A DNA stretch of 64,000 bases from Blasia pusilla (lineage: Eukaryota), in NCBI GenBank assembly GCA_050084515.1, contig CM114271.1, positions 39,370,001 through 39,434,000 on the forward strand, in the 5' to 3' direction. Numbering within the stretch: position 1 is the first letter of the stretch; every line of letters starts with the position of its first letter. Made by a program: the position numbers and the translations under genes. The notes under the pieces are model-generated. The model was not told the DNA's origin. It saw only the letters and a program-made list of their open reading frames with translations, and searched no databases. Of the stretch, positions 51,490-64,000 are shown piece by piece.

Positions 51490-54400
51490 TTGGGCTTGAT
51501 GGACTCGACAATGTGAAGTTGCGCCTAGTATATGGCGTGTTAATGAAGTGTTATGATCTTGTCCAATGAATTAGCCATTCAGCTACGGGAAACTTGGATT
51601 GATTTACATTTCAACATGTAGCAATGTCTCAAAATTTGATTGCAAAGACAACTAGTGGGGATAAGCTTACTCACGGGTAAGCATCGAAGTTGAGTCAATT
51701 TAATTTTAAATTTTATCACTCCATGGCAAAAAACCAATTTTCTTTCTTGGTGTGGATATCAATGGAGGCTATAAGCTAAGTTATGAATGTCCATCTTGTG
51801 AAGAACATGCTTATGCTTGAGTGGTGAACACAACAAACTGATTTTTTACTCTTACCCTTTTGTACTTGCACATAGATATGTTAGGATCACACAGTAATTG
51901 CTTGCCAAATTCTCTGCCCCTTCTCCATTCAACTTTCTTAGAGAAGTTTGGAGACCTTGTACTTCACGAATACTTGATACACAAGACATACAGACATACC
52001 CTTTTCTACAAAAGGCAACATTCCCTTTTCAATAGCAAGCCTACCGTCTTCAACACAAGCACACCTTCTTCTTTTTTCAGCACAAGGCAAATCCATAAGA
52101 TTGGATTTCACTATTCCCATGAAGGACTATGCCCTCAATGTCACTCATGATTCCATAGTCATCTAGAACAAGGTTCATGATCAGGGTTGCACATTGACAA
52201 AGTCTGTGTCCGCGGTCTTATGTCCATCCTAGAGAAAAACATGCATGTTCGTGCGGGCCCGAGTACTTGCGGCCCGCCCTTTAGCCTGTCGATCCCACAC
52301 CAGTTTTGTGGCTTGTGTGCAACTCGCACCTTCCGGCTACAGGCCCGCAGTCAGGCTTGCCGTGGGACTCCACAAGCTTGACAAGCTCAAGACGGACTCA
52401 GATGTGGGCAGAGGATCCACACGTAGCATGTCGGTCCCATGGACGGACTTGCTCGTTTCCATAACACCTTGTTCACAATAGTAAAATAATTTATGAAATA
52501 TTGGTGTGTAATGGCGTTGGATGATTATAGTCGATTTCATAAGACTTCTTAGCTGTAGTTTTGCAAGTTCAATCATTTAGAACTTTCAAACTTAAAGTTC
52601 CTTGGCCCTATTAGATCCCTTGTACAATATTTTGTTTCACTCATTCTCATTGCACATTTAAACTGAGCTATATATATAGCTGTACACTCTTCCTTCTAGG
52701 GTATGGTGTGCCCTACATGTAGATTTGCATCTCCCATTTCCAAAATAGAACCATGCTACGGACATACCTAAACAAGTCCCGGATCTCACCACGAGTCATA
52801 TGTTGTCCCATGTTATGACCCACTCTTGCACGTACCAACTAAGTATTTGATGGATTTATGAATGTATGGCAGGCTTATAGAGTTTCAATTTTTATTCTCC
52901 AATTCAATAACGTTGGAAGGCACCTATGAGCAATCCAAAAAATACTTTTATGGATGTAGCTCTATGTAGCCACTTACGGTATGCGTTTAGAGCTGTTGAG
53001 AACCTCTGTAAGTTTCTCACCAATCACTTATCCAATGTGTAGACTTAAATAAATATTTTAAAATTATTAATCACCCAGGTGATATTCCACGGTAATGAAG
53101 ACACCAAATTCCATATGGCTGGCATTATATTCACATCTTCTAACTCCAAAGTTAGAAGATTGGGTTATATTGGGTATCCATATAGGTCTTTACACATGCT
53201 TGTAGGGTGAAGTTGAGAAAAATACCATAGCAATTTCCCCATCTCCTAAAGCATGTCGAAATGGCGACCATGTATGGTTAGATTGTTATTTCCCAAACCA
53301 AAATCCAATAGAGTTCATGGTGACATGTGAAGAACATGGAAAGTTCAAAACCACCACCATCAGTGACATCAAGTGGGCATTGGGCAGATCACTCTACAGT
53401 TATCTCACCAAAGTCACTTGTTCACTTTGACTGAAAAGAAGAGTCTAGGTTGGGAAGTCTATCGAGTCTGCACCATGGGTATTGGGATTGACACCTTGGC
53501 AAGTATATTTGATCAAGGAAACATGCATTGGCAATGGCACTTATTCAAATTCGTCTTCCACATCATTGGACTTGCCTGAAGTAATGAGTTCAATGGTTGT
53601 TCTAAGGCTCACAAGTAAGATTCTATTGCTCTTAAGTTGAGATTGCACTATTTATTCAGGATGTGAATGCATTTACAATATCGGAAGATTATTAAGTGGA
53701 TTAACTTTGTGACCGCGAGTGTGTGTGGTCTGGTTTGCAAGTACCAAATTTGGCTAGACAGAGAGAGTCCTCCCCTAACAAGTAATGCGGAAAGGGATAA
53801 CTTGTCTTGCAAGTTGGTATTGTACCGATGCTAGGAGTAGGGACGTGGTTTAGTTAGGCCTAGTTTAGTAGTGGTTGTCCGCACTTTTTAGAGTAGGTAT
53901 TCGTTCAAAAATTTTCTCTTATCTATAAACATGTTTGATGTATTGGTCAAGGGTCGGCGTCCTTCTCATCACCCTCATGTAGTCATAACACCTTCTTCTC
54001 TCCAGTGGAATGAAAAAAATTCGGCTACAATGTAGAACATGTCCAATTTGTATGTTTGAGCCCCTATTGCATAGAATTTGCAAAAACTCTCGAGGTATTC
54101 AATCTCCACCTGTAGAGCCACCATTTGTTGACTATCTCGTCTTGTAACAAAGTTGCATCGAAGGAGAAGGCCAAGAGAAGTGAAGATATGAACGGCGAGA
54201 TTGCATCAGACGATGAGGGTAAGAAACAATGGAACAAAAAGATGCACAATCTAGGAGGGTCGTATTTACAATTTAGTGTGCGTGTATGTGCGTTGGCTGA
54301 CCATTCCACATTCTTTTGTTTGTGAAAACCATTGCTTGCTTCAAACCACTCATGTACGTGTAAGAATGGGTGTGGACACACATCGAAGGGAAAAATCATC

Positions 54401-54867
54401 TTTTCAGTTTTGTTGAACAAATCTTCACAGTGGAGTATGTTCAGGATCATGGATAAATTTTTCATGGCAAGGTACAATAAGCTTATGAAAGATGATTGTA
54501 CTGCTTGATAACACCTTGAGATGATTATGAGAGAAATCAATAACCCCATGTATCAAATTTCTAATATGGGTTTGGCCATTGACTGTGAGCTCCCTCTAAT
54601 TCTATCATGTATTTAGGAAAATCTAAGTACCTGACAAGGCCTCACATTTCAACAAATACTACTTTGACTTCCAGAGCGACAAATTTAAAACTGAGGTAGA
54701 GACATGCCAAATGGGATCTTTCTCTTACTTACCTCAATATGCTATTTGAGCCACAACAAACATATGGCAGTAACAACTTGAATTCAAGTATGCATTGGAT
54801 TGGATGAACCGATGGCTTTAACCACATTAACAAATATCATAATAAAAGACATCTTGATGGCAAGTTG

Positions 54868-55843
54868 TGTCGTGCGCCTACTCTCCTTGAACGTTAATCT
54901 TGTTTGTTGCGGAAGTGTGCGTTCAGTAGGTCACGCTCTCAACGCTGATCTGCATCCAAACACGCACTTCGGTTAGTCGGGTCTTGGATCAATCAGCGGG
55001 ATTACTTTCCGAGTTCTCGTCTCGGACTCTCTCTTCAAGCTCAAACCTTCCTAGTTTCGCGGTTTCCAACACGGGCAAGTCTCGAAAGACTTGGGACAGA
55101 TTTTCAGTCGGTTCAGGAACTGAAACGGCGTTTCGCGCCTAGCGGTTCCAATCGTCCGATGAACATCCAATGAGTTCCTCACCAAGACTCGCACGGAAGT
55201 GAATTGGTTCGAATCCAAGTGTGGCGCACAAAGTCCACTCCTTGATTAGGTTTGGGTTTCGGGTTTCGCGCCAAACTCCCGTTTCATCCCGTGCCTCAAA
55301 CGCCGTTTGGCGCCCAAAGTGGGTTTCGTTTCCGAGACATCTCAGAGAAGGTACTCCCCTTACTAGTACTTTGGGGATTTCCGGGGCCCCTACATTTAGG
55401 GGAAAGACACCGGGCCCCTCCATTGGCCCTCAACCCGATTGCTCTCTGAATCGTTTTCGGCCAATATCTCAGCCTGTACTTATGCATTTGCTGAGATCTT
55501 TGGAAGCTTCTCAAGATCAGCGTTGTCCCAAACGCATCTCGGAGCTCAACGTTATCAAGATCAGATTCTCCAAACGCTAGTCATGTTCCTGGTTCTCACC
55601 TCTTTGGCAACCAACCTCCAAGACTCAACTCATCTCAAGTCTCAGCTCGCGTTTGGTCTAGGTTTCTGGTCGCGACCACTAACGCATGAAACGCACAACT
55701 CTTCCGCGTTTCGTCTCTTAGACTTTTCCAAGAGACTCTACAAAACGCTCTCCAAAGCTCAAACCTCGCGGCGTGAGTTCCTTTGAGTTCTGATGTTTCG
55801 CTTGGCGCGTATTTGGTGTTGTTTGGTTATGAGGGTCGCGACA
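54868..55843 (-). repeat. 3' LTR (976 bp)
   Basis: TGTCGTGCGCC...GGTCGCGACA; direct repeat of 60971-61994. Confidence 0.97.
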
Positions 55844-55855
55844 CTCACCCCTCCT
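55844..55855 (-). other. Polypurine tract
   Basis: Minus strand AGGAGGGGTGAG abutting the 3' LTR. Confidence 0.85.
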
Positions 55856-56325
55856 TAGAAGGTTGATGTCCTCATCAACGCAAACCTTATTGATGTTAAG
55901 TTCGGGAAGCCGACCCTTAACACGTAATCGCGTTCGTAGCTAACCCCATTCCTCTTTTTGGCTTAAGTCTTAGGTTTGTCGATAAAGACTTAGACTTATT
56001 AGCTTCGCTTTCGATGAGCCTAGACTAGTTCTCGCCAAACTAATCTAACTATCAAAATAAGCTCACTAAGTCTGCAACCTAACACTTCACTCACTATTTG
56101 TAAACAACCGCCTGTCTACCTAGCCAACTCGTACTATTTTTGGGTCACCTGTATTCCACCTAGGCGCATCACTAAGTTCAGTCATGAAACATGAATGAGA
56201 TCACCACAAACCCCAAGACAGACTCATCTGCCCCGCCGACGTTAGGGCGAGCCCAAATGCTAGTACTTCAACACTTGGTCCTGATCTAGGTGCCTTATCT
56301 GAATACAAGCTCTCACCTCAAATAC

Positions 56326-56508
56326 TCATTGTTTGGTGAAGTCACGCAATGCTTCTTGCGCATGTTCTAGATCCGCCTCCGCAATCCAAGTCGCCTCTTT
56401 CACATGATAGCCTTTCCACTTGACCAAGTACTCGTACTTGGTGGCCCTACGTCTGGAACGCAGAATAGTCTCAACCTCGAACTCTGGTTCCTCATTTCTG
56501 ATGACCGG
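56326..56508 (-). pseudogene. Integrase C-terminal chromodomain, in frame after a TAA
   Basis: PVIRNEEPEFEVETILRSRRRATKYEYLVKWKGYHVKEATWIAEADLEHAQEALRDF. Confidence 0.92.
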
Positions 56509-59500
56509 TTATGGTCTCAACATCCTCCTTCGCTCCGGACGCACATTGTCTTGAAGATACTTCTTCAATAATGACACATGGAAAGTCGGGTGAATCTTGA
56601 ACTCGTTTGGCAGCTCCAACATGTACACATCCTCAAACGGCCTTGCCTTGATCACATACGGTCCAGCATACTTGGCTGACAATTTCGCAGACAATTCTTT
56701 CGGAAGAGTGAGATTCTTAACACTCAACCACACTTGTTCCCCAACTTGGAAACTCACATGGCGCCGACTTTTGTTAGCATGCTTTACGTACCTTAGTTGA
56801 GCCTTGGTGAGACTTTCTCTCGCTCGCTCTTGTCGTTCCTGCATTTCCACTAACAAACATTCCGCCGTTGCTTGACGAGTGTGTGTCGATGTATTGCCCT
56901 TCGAAAGAGCTAAGTCAAGAGGCCCTTCTGGTTCTCTTTGATACGCCAGAAGAAACGGAGATTCTCCGGTTGTAGAATGCTTAGTCGAGTTGTAACAATA
57001 CTCAGCCATACTTAACCACTTGGCCCAATCTCTTTGGTCCGCACTCACGTAATTCCGTACGTATTGGTTTACGACCGAGTTTACTTTTTCCGTTTGCCCA
57101 TCCGTTTGAGGATGGAAGGCCGTACTAAAGCTGAGTTTGGTCCGGAACCTCCTGAATAGATGTTTCCAAAAGGCACTGGTAAACTTCGGATCCCGATCGG
57201 ACACAATGCTCCTAGGCAATCCGTGCGCACGCCACCAACCATCCAGGAATAGTCGGGAAGTCGTGTAGGCCGTCGCAGACTCTCTTGTCGGCACAAACCT
57301 CCCCAACTTGCTAAACCGATCAACTATCACAAGTATAGCGTTGTATCCCTCAGATTCTGGAAGACTCGTAATGAAATCCATGCTAATGCTTTGCAAGGGT
57401 CCCTCCGGGATTGGCAAAGGATGAAGTAAACCTTGTTTCTTCGCATAAGACACGCGGTTCGCCTGGCAGGTCACGCATGTTTTCACATATTGAGCAACAT
57501 CTTCCTTCATGTTGGGCCAGAAGAACCTCTTAGACAAAACAGCAAGAGTGGATTTCTCCCCTTTGTGTCCCGCCAAAGGTCCATCATGACATTCCACAAA
57601 CACCTTGGTCCGTAGCTTGCCTTGGCCTACATAGATCTGCTCGCTTAAACCTTAGCAAGCCGTGTCTCAAACTCAGATTGGCCACCTTCTCGCCCGCTTT
57701 AACTTCCCAAGGTACTCCTCGCTTGCTCATCCTTCATGTATCCTTCACTTAATCCTTCTTTCCGGTCTGTTTCATTAGGGAACATTGCTCTCAACACTTG
57801 TGTCATCGATGGCATGTGTTCATCCTGCGACTTAACGATCCTGGAATGACATTGTCTTTCCCGGCTTGTGGATTAGCTCCAATTCATCAACGCCAAGGTA
57901 TTATGCCACCGAAGTTTTTTTGGCGTCACGCGATCTTGGGTCTCAAAATACTTGAGCGATATGTTATCGGTGAATACTCGAGTCCTGTGAAGTCCCAAAT
58001 AGTGACGCCACTTCCTCAAGCAATGAACCACCGCAAACAACTCTTTCTCATGAGTAGGCCATCTCCTTTCGGTGTCGGTCAACTTCTTGCTTTTGTATGC
58101 TACATGTCTCCCTTTTTGCACCAACATTCCTGCAATCGCGAAATCACTAGCATCCGTGTGCACCTCGAACGGTTGTTCAAACTCCGGCAGTTTCAGAACT
58201 GGTTCCTGTGAGAGGATCTCTTTGACTCGATTGAACGCTTTATCCACTTCCTCGGTCCATGTAGTATTGGCAAACTTTGCGGTCCAATCCGTGAGAGGTT
58301 TCACTATGCCCGAAAAATTCTTCACGTATGTCCGTAAATCGATAGCTCGATGAACCTTCTCATCCCTTCACCGTGGAAGGCGGTTCCCATTCGCAATCGC
58401 GCTCACCTTTTCCATGTCGGACTCACTCCATCCGCACAAACCACATGTCCCAAGAACTTGATCTTCGTCAAACCGAACTCACTCTTATCCGCATTCGCAT
58501 ACTGACTTGTTAGCCCTAAGTTTCTCAAACACCGTCTTCAAATGTCGAGCGTGCTCCTCTAGTGTTTTCGAATAGATGAGTATGTCATCTATATAGATGA
58601 TCACAAACTCATCCGTCTCCTTGTGAAAGATGGAGTTCATCAAAGTGGTAAACGTCGGAGGCGCATTACAAAGACCGAAAGGCATTACTACAAACTCGAA
58701 CGAACAGTATCTCGCCCTACTGAGCGGTCTTCTCTACATCCGCCGGCAATCCGAATCTGATAATATCCTGATTTCAGGTCAATCCGGCTGAAATACTTGG
58801 CACCCGACAATCGATCAAAGAGGTCATCCATCCTCTTTGAGGTAGAGGATATTTATTCCTTACCGTCACTTTATTCAGCGCCCGATAATCAACATGAGTC
58901 TCAACTTCCCATCCTTCTTCTTGACAAAGAGGACGGGCGCCCCATAAGGTGACTTGCTCGTTCGGATGTAACCCCTCTCTAGGAGTTCACCCAACTGTTT
59001 CTTCAACTCAGCAAGTTCCTCTTGATTCAACCTATATGGTGCCTTTGAAGGTGGTTGAGATCCTGGTATCACCTCAATCTTATGATCAACCGCCCTATGT
59101 GGTGGCAACTCAGTCGGAAGCTCCTTAGTCAACACATCTTCAAATTCTTTCACAACTCTCTTGAGTGTTTCAGGATCTCCTTGAAGCTGAGTTCTGATCT
59201 CTGCATCTTGCGCTTGCATCATCCTCTACTCGTCTCATCAAGCAAAGGAATCCTTCCTCTAACTCGCCAAACTCGTCCTCGTGATGGCGTTCACCAACTC
59301 CGTCTTTCTAGGCACCTCACGAACCAATCGGCGTCCGTCCGTTTGCCGTTAACCAAGACGCTTAACCTCAAAGGTCTCCGCCTCGGTTCCACCTCATACG
59401 CATCAGAACGTGTTCCCAAGACTCCGTCGATACCGTCCATCTCGCAAACTGTAAAATTCTCCTTCAACTCAAATACTCCGCATCTCACAACTAGCCCTAA

Positions 59501-59683
59501 AACCAGATCTGATGTCTGGTGGGATTTTCCTCCCGCGAATCCTACCCTAATGGGTTCATCCGCTTTGGTGGTTGGCAATCCCAACGTTTTTACAATTCTC
59601 GGACTCAAGAATGAGTGCGAAGCACCTGTATCAACGAGCAACATCACATCGCGATTAGCGATCTTGGATCCTAGGTAAACCAA
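56509..59683 (-). pseudogene. pol (protease, RT, RNase H, integrase), frameshifted in this assembly
   Basis: [56 protein letters not shown] (HDGPLAGH..CVTC); SMDFI/VSDRD/QTE; GPY. Confidence 0.95.
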
Positions 59684-59704
59684 ATTGGGCGTTCTCTTGG
59701 TGAC

Positions 59705-60811
59705 TTATAGAGATGTATCTAGATCTCCCTCCGATAAATGCTTAGCGGCAAACGCAATCATACTCGGTTTACTAACCTTGGGCCTCACACATTCCTTAGC
59801 CATATGCCCTGGTTCGCCACAATTATAACAAATCACTTTGGCATTCGTTGACTTCGTAAACGGCGGCCCCTTCGGCTTCGCGTTGAGTTCCACTCGTTTC
59901 GCCGCTGGGGCGAGAGTCCCTCCGTGGTCACGCTCACCCCCATTCCAAACCCTCTTGGATGTCCCTTTATTCTTCTGTAACTTAGAAAAACTTTTTGTCT
60001 CAAAGGGTTTCGGGTGTTGGACTTCATCGTCCCCAATCCGCTCGGCTAGTCTCAAGAGGTCCGCGCAACGTCTCGGGATGTGAGGCATACGAAAGAGAGC
60101 CTTCTCGGCACTCGGTTTGAGCCCACTTAGGAAGATCACCTTTTTAGTATGTTCATCCGTGGAAAGTGCACTCATGAGCGCACTAAACTCTCGCACATAA
60201 GCGCCAAGTGATCCACTCTGGCGCAACCTCACCACCTACATGCCATCGCGGTACTCACGATATTCGGAGTGAATCGGTTCCCAATCAACTCTTTGAAATC
60301 TTCCCAACTCAACGTTTTCCCACGACCTAGATGTTCTTTCCGGTGAGCCGTCCACCAATGGAGAGCGTGATCCTTCGTAAACGTGACCGCTCTGATCACC
60401 TTGTCTTGTTAAATCGCTTTGCGCCGAAATAGAGTTCGAGTTCGTTAGAAACTCGCTCACTTTCGAGAACGCCCCATTCTGTGAATGGCGTTAGCAAATT
60501 AGTCTTACAAAGCTTCTTGCCGAACTAGAGGCTCCATTTGACTTGAATTCGAGATCACCTTGCTCTGTTCGACCATCTGGTCCGCCATCACCTTCATCAA
60601 TCCCATCATTTGGGTATAAAAGGCCGGATCGTGTAAGTTTGGACCCGAAGGTCCCGCGGAAAGATTTTGGGTTGGAACATCCTCATGTCTGGGACTCGGC
60701 ACTTCGGGAGTCGCAAATTCCACCTCCGGCTCTCGGTCCGTCATTGATTCGTCTCTTGGATTCTTTGCTTTGACTCGCGGTTTCCTCGGTTCTTCGCCCT
60801 TGGTCGCCATT
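59705..60811 (-). pseudogene. gag with a CCHC zinc knuckle, frameshifted
   Basis: RLRQSGSLGAYVREF...FLSGL and CYNCGEPGHMAKEC. Confidence 0.9.
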
Positions 60812-60956
60812 TGCGAGTGGTCGAAGTCGTCGCTTTTCTCAGATCTCCTCCTCGCCTCTTGCGTTCCTCCTCGGCGTCGCGGTCTTCCGGCTACCTTGAG
60901 TTCTCCCCAAACGTCCAGATCTTCAACGACCCCAAGTTCACGCTCATCAAGGAATT

Positions 60957-60968
60957 GCTCTGATACCA
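60957..60968 (-). other. tRNA-iMet primer-binding site
   Basis: TGGTATCAGAGC, 2 nt inside the 5' LTR boundary. Confidence 0.95.
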
Positions 60969-60970
60969 CG

Positions 60971-61994
60971 TGTCATGCGCCTACTCTCCTTGAACGTTAA
61001 TCTTGTTTGTTGCGGAAGCGTGCGTTCAGTAGGTCACGCTCTCAACGCTGATCTGCATCCAAACACGCACCGGTTAGTCGGGTCTTGGATCAATCAGCGG
61101 GATTACTTTCGAGTTCTCGTCTCGGACTCTCTCTTCAAGCTCAAACCTCCTAGTTTCGCGGTTTCCAACACGGGCAAGTCTCGAAAGACTTGGGACAGAC
61201 TTTTCAGTCGGTTCGGGGAAACTGAAACGGCGTTTCGCGCCTAGCGGTTCCAACTGTCCGATGAACATCCAATGAGTTCCTCACCAAGACTCGCACAAAG
61301 TGAATCTCGGGTTCGAATCCAAGTGTGGCATAAAGTCCACTCCCTTGGATTAGGTTTGGGTTTCGGGTTTCGCGCCAAACTCCCGTTTCATCCCGTGCCT
61401 CTGAAACGCCGTTTGGCGCCCAAAGTGGGGTTTCGTTTCCCGAGACATCTCAGAGAAGGTACTCCCCTTACTAGTACTTCTGGGGATCTCCGGGGCCCCT
61501 ACATTTAGGGAAAGACACCGGGCCCCTCCATTGGCCCTCAACCCGATTGCTCTCTGAATCGTTTTCGGCCAATATCTCAGCCTGTACTTATGCGTTTGCT
61601 AAGATCTTTGGTGCGTTGGAAGCGTCTCAAGATCAGCTTTCCAACGCGCCCTTACGTGTCCCGAACGCATCTCGGAGCTCAACGTTATGGTCCTAAGCAC
61701 AGTCAGATTCTCCCAAACGCTAGTCATGTTCCAAACTGGTTCTCACCTCTTTGGCAACCAACCTCCAAGACTCAACTCATCTCAAGTCTCGGCTCGCGTT
61801 TGGTCTAGGTTTCCTGGTCGCGACCACTAACGCATGAAACGCACAACTCTGTTCCGCGTTTCGTCTCTTAGACTTTTCCAAGAGACTCTACAAAACGCCT
61901 CTCCAAAGCTCAAACCTCGCGGCGTGAGTTCCTTTGAGTTCTGATGTTTCGCTTGGCGCGTATTTGGTGTTGTTTGGTTATGAGGGTCGCGACA
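60971..61994 (-). repeat. 5' LTR (1024 bp)
   Basis: TGTCATGCGCC...GGTCGCGACA. Confidence 0.97.
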
Positions 61995-63000
61995 AGTTAT
62001 CTTATTATTTTTGGAGAGTGCCTTAGATTTTGCAAAATTGTTCTCACCACACTCATAATTTCAGGCAATAGGATCACTTGTCTTCTAAGCCATACGATTG
62101 TTTGAAATTGAATTTAAATGGTACTTGAAAATTAATTACGAGAGGTAACTCAAAATCATGCATTCTATGATTTTCCATTAGCATCATATATTATTGGGGA
62201 TTTATGGAACGATGTTCATCTTTTTTCCCGGGAGGGTAGTAAACAACACCTATTTCCAGATAGCTCTTTATTAACTTATATCTCGCCACATCTATGTTGT
62301 TATTGCAAAATGCATCTTTGATTTTCAACCCTTTTCAAAATCATTTGGCATTTTTAGCTAAATGGGTCTTGGCGTGTGTACATAGATAATTCAAAGTCAC
62401 TTTTAGGGTGAAGCAAGTTCAGGGTTGATTAGGAGCAGTGGAGATTGATTTGGTTGCCGTTGCGACCCATTTGGGGTTTGTTAGGAGGTCAATTAAAATA
62501 ATGGTGTGTAACTAAAATAACTCATCATTAGTCCTCTTGCACGGGTACTTACTGATCCTTGTTGAATAATTCAAGTTTCAACATGGCTGGCATCCTCTTC
62601 AGTTATTCAGGTTTCAATGTCACTCTCCTTACCCATCCCTCTATATGAACCCACTTAACCTGACTAGAAGTAATTTTTGAGGAAGTAGTGCCAGGGCAGC
62701 TAAAAATCTGCATCCTCCAATTAATATATAGATAAGCGCTTTTGAACAGAACTTTATTTCTCATTTAAACATACCAAAATGAGGGATTTGGTACAAAGTG
62801 TGCTTAAAGCGCACGTCCACCATAAAACTCTTTTCTTGAATTCTAAGGTGTAATTCAGTCATTAAGTTTAATAGAAGTTGCGCTACTCCAATCCTACCTT
62901 TCATACCTACTCAAAAGCTTTGACTTTCATATTGACCTCACAGCATGAGAAATAATTCAAGAGAAGTCTTGGCCAGATGCTACTGGATCAGATCAATCTT

Positions 63001-64000
63001 TTAGTCCCCAGCTTTGGAAGGGTGTGGAACTGAGAGCAATTGATAAGGTAAGACATTGTCAAGAGTGACAGAGGAACCATCTGGCCAGGTGACCTCCACT
63101 TCCAACTCCTGTTTCATTTGACCTAACCCAAAGTGTGCAACAGGCTGACATACAATACCAGATTTACAAGTCAGTAACCATTCTTGTCTGCATTTCTTCC
63201 AGAACTCTAGGTAGGACCTATAATACCACTTGAGCTAGTCAGCAAATTAAACGACACTTTTCTTCAACATCCTATAACTCCTGCAGCTCAATCACCTGAG
63301 GTTGATTGAGTTGCATCCAACTTCTACTTAGATCTTTGAGATGGACAACCATGAGTCATCAGAAAAGACATGAGTCACTGACCTCCATTTGGCACAAGTA
63401 GCCACTGCGACCAAAACAACGTCCCCACAGGCAGAGCCACAGAGAGACACAACTTAGTATTTGTACTGCATCCAGAAGACCAATTATGATAGACTTTGAC
63501 ATTCTCCGTCTTTAAAGTAATCTTCCAAAGTGCCAACCCCAGATGGTTGTAGACTACCACAGTACTCTTGCATACAGTAGTTAGCTTTATAATTACTACT
63601 AGTCATAATGGCCCGATTAAACATTCCAGCTCGCTCAGTTCCAATATAGCCTTTCCAATCCAATGCACAATCTTACTATCAAGTTCACAGGCAAGCATTT
63701 CAAGAATGCTAAACTGACTTCATATACTCACCTCCCAGCATCAATAGCACGCTTTTGTGTTCGGCCTGCAGCATCCAGGATCTTCACAACCGCTCCTCTT
63801 GCTGGTGCACCCTGATTTACCGGTTTGAAGCTAGTGAGGAAGAATGCAAAAAAAACAAAACTTCACCTGATGCTAAAAAACGTGCAGAATATGGGAATCA
63901 GACCTGCTTTGTCAAGGGCTTCACACGCAGCCACGCATTGTCGTTCTTGGGAGATGTGAACAGAGAGAGGGGCTGAGGCCTTAGTTCTCCGTGAGCACTG
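63001..64000 (-). CDS. CRTAC1: CRTAC1 (cartilage acidic protein 1)-like protein, C-terminal ASPIC/UnbV domain; 5' part lies outside the window
   Basis: Exons about 63997-63904, 63811-63732, 63404-63383 and 63144-63001 (all GT-AG, phases compatible) give AHGELRPQPLSLFTSPKNDNAWLRVKPLTKQ|GAPARGAVVKILDAAGRTQKRAIDAGS|GYLCQME|PVAHFGLGQMKQELEVEVTWPDGSSVTLDNVLPYQLLSVPHPSKAGD*. Confidence 0.9.

Larger units (their letters stand above)
54868..61994 (-). mobile_element. Structurally complete Ty3/Gypsy chromovirus LTR retrotransposon (7127 bp)
   Basis: Paired TG..CA LTRs; near-perfect 5-bp TSD AGTTG (54863-54867) / AGTTA (61995-61999); iMet PBS; PPT; gag-PR-RT-RH-INT-chromodomain order. Confidence 0.97.

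Noticed and set aside
53206-53640. Stop-poor + strand frame (145 codons, 2 internal stops) in an AT-rich region
   Set aside because: No motif recognised and minus-strand frames are similarly ambiguous; likely a TE relic, needs BLASTX.
55204-55218. tRNA T-arm/B-box-like TTGGTTCGAATCCAA in the LTRs
   Set aside because: No convincing A box, acceptor stem or cloverleaf, and it differs between the two LTRs.

Overview
Eukaryotic nuclear DNA from a plant. Long GC-rich leaders, GT-AG introns, the transposon types and the gene content suggest a non-seed land plant such as a bryophyte; this is inference and the species cannot be determined. Five host genes are supported: intronless TAF8 (15563-16888, +); intronless TMEM53/DUF829 hydrolase-like gene (35746-37353, +); a 2-exon methyltransferase resembling only the METTL13 C-terminal domain (41936-39061, -); 8-exon RBM48 (46842-44513, -); and the 3' four exons of a CRTAC1-like ASPIC/UnbV gene (64000-63001, -), which the ORF track misses and which includes a 22-nt microexon. 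The rest is transposon-rich: nested decayed Ty3/Gypsy elements at 1-11.3 kb (one with an integrase followed by a PHD-like finger), a dispersed LTR family, a Helentron/Helitron2-type Rep relic at about 50-51.4 kb, a MITE, and a structurally complete chromovirus (54868-61994, -) with LTRs, PBS, PPT, TSD and a group I chromodomain. The most unusual non-coding structures are a 2.3-kb array of 13 units sharing a 3' end, variably truncated at the 5' end and mostly separated by (CT)n/(GT)n, just behind TAF8, and a crossed A-B-A'-B' inverted repeat at 26.6 kb.
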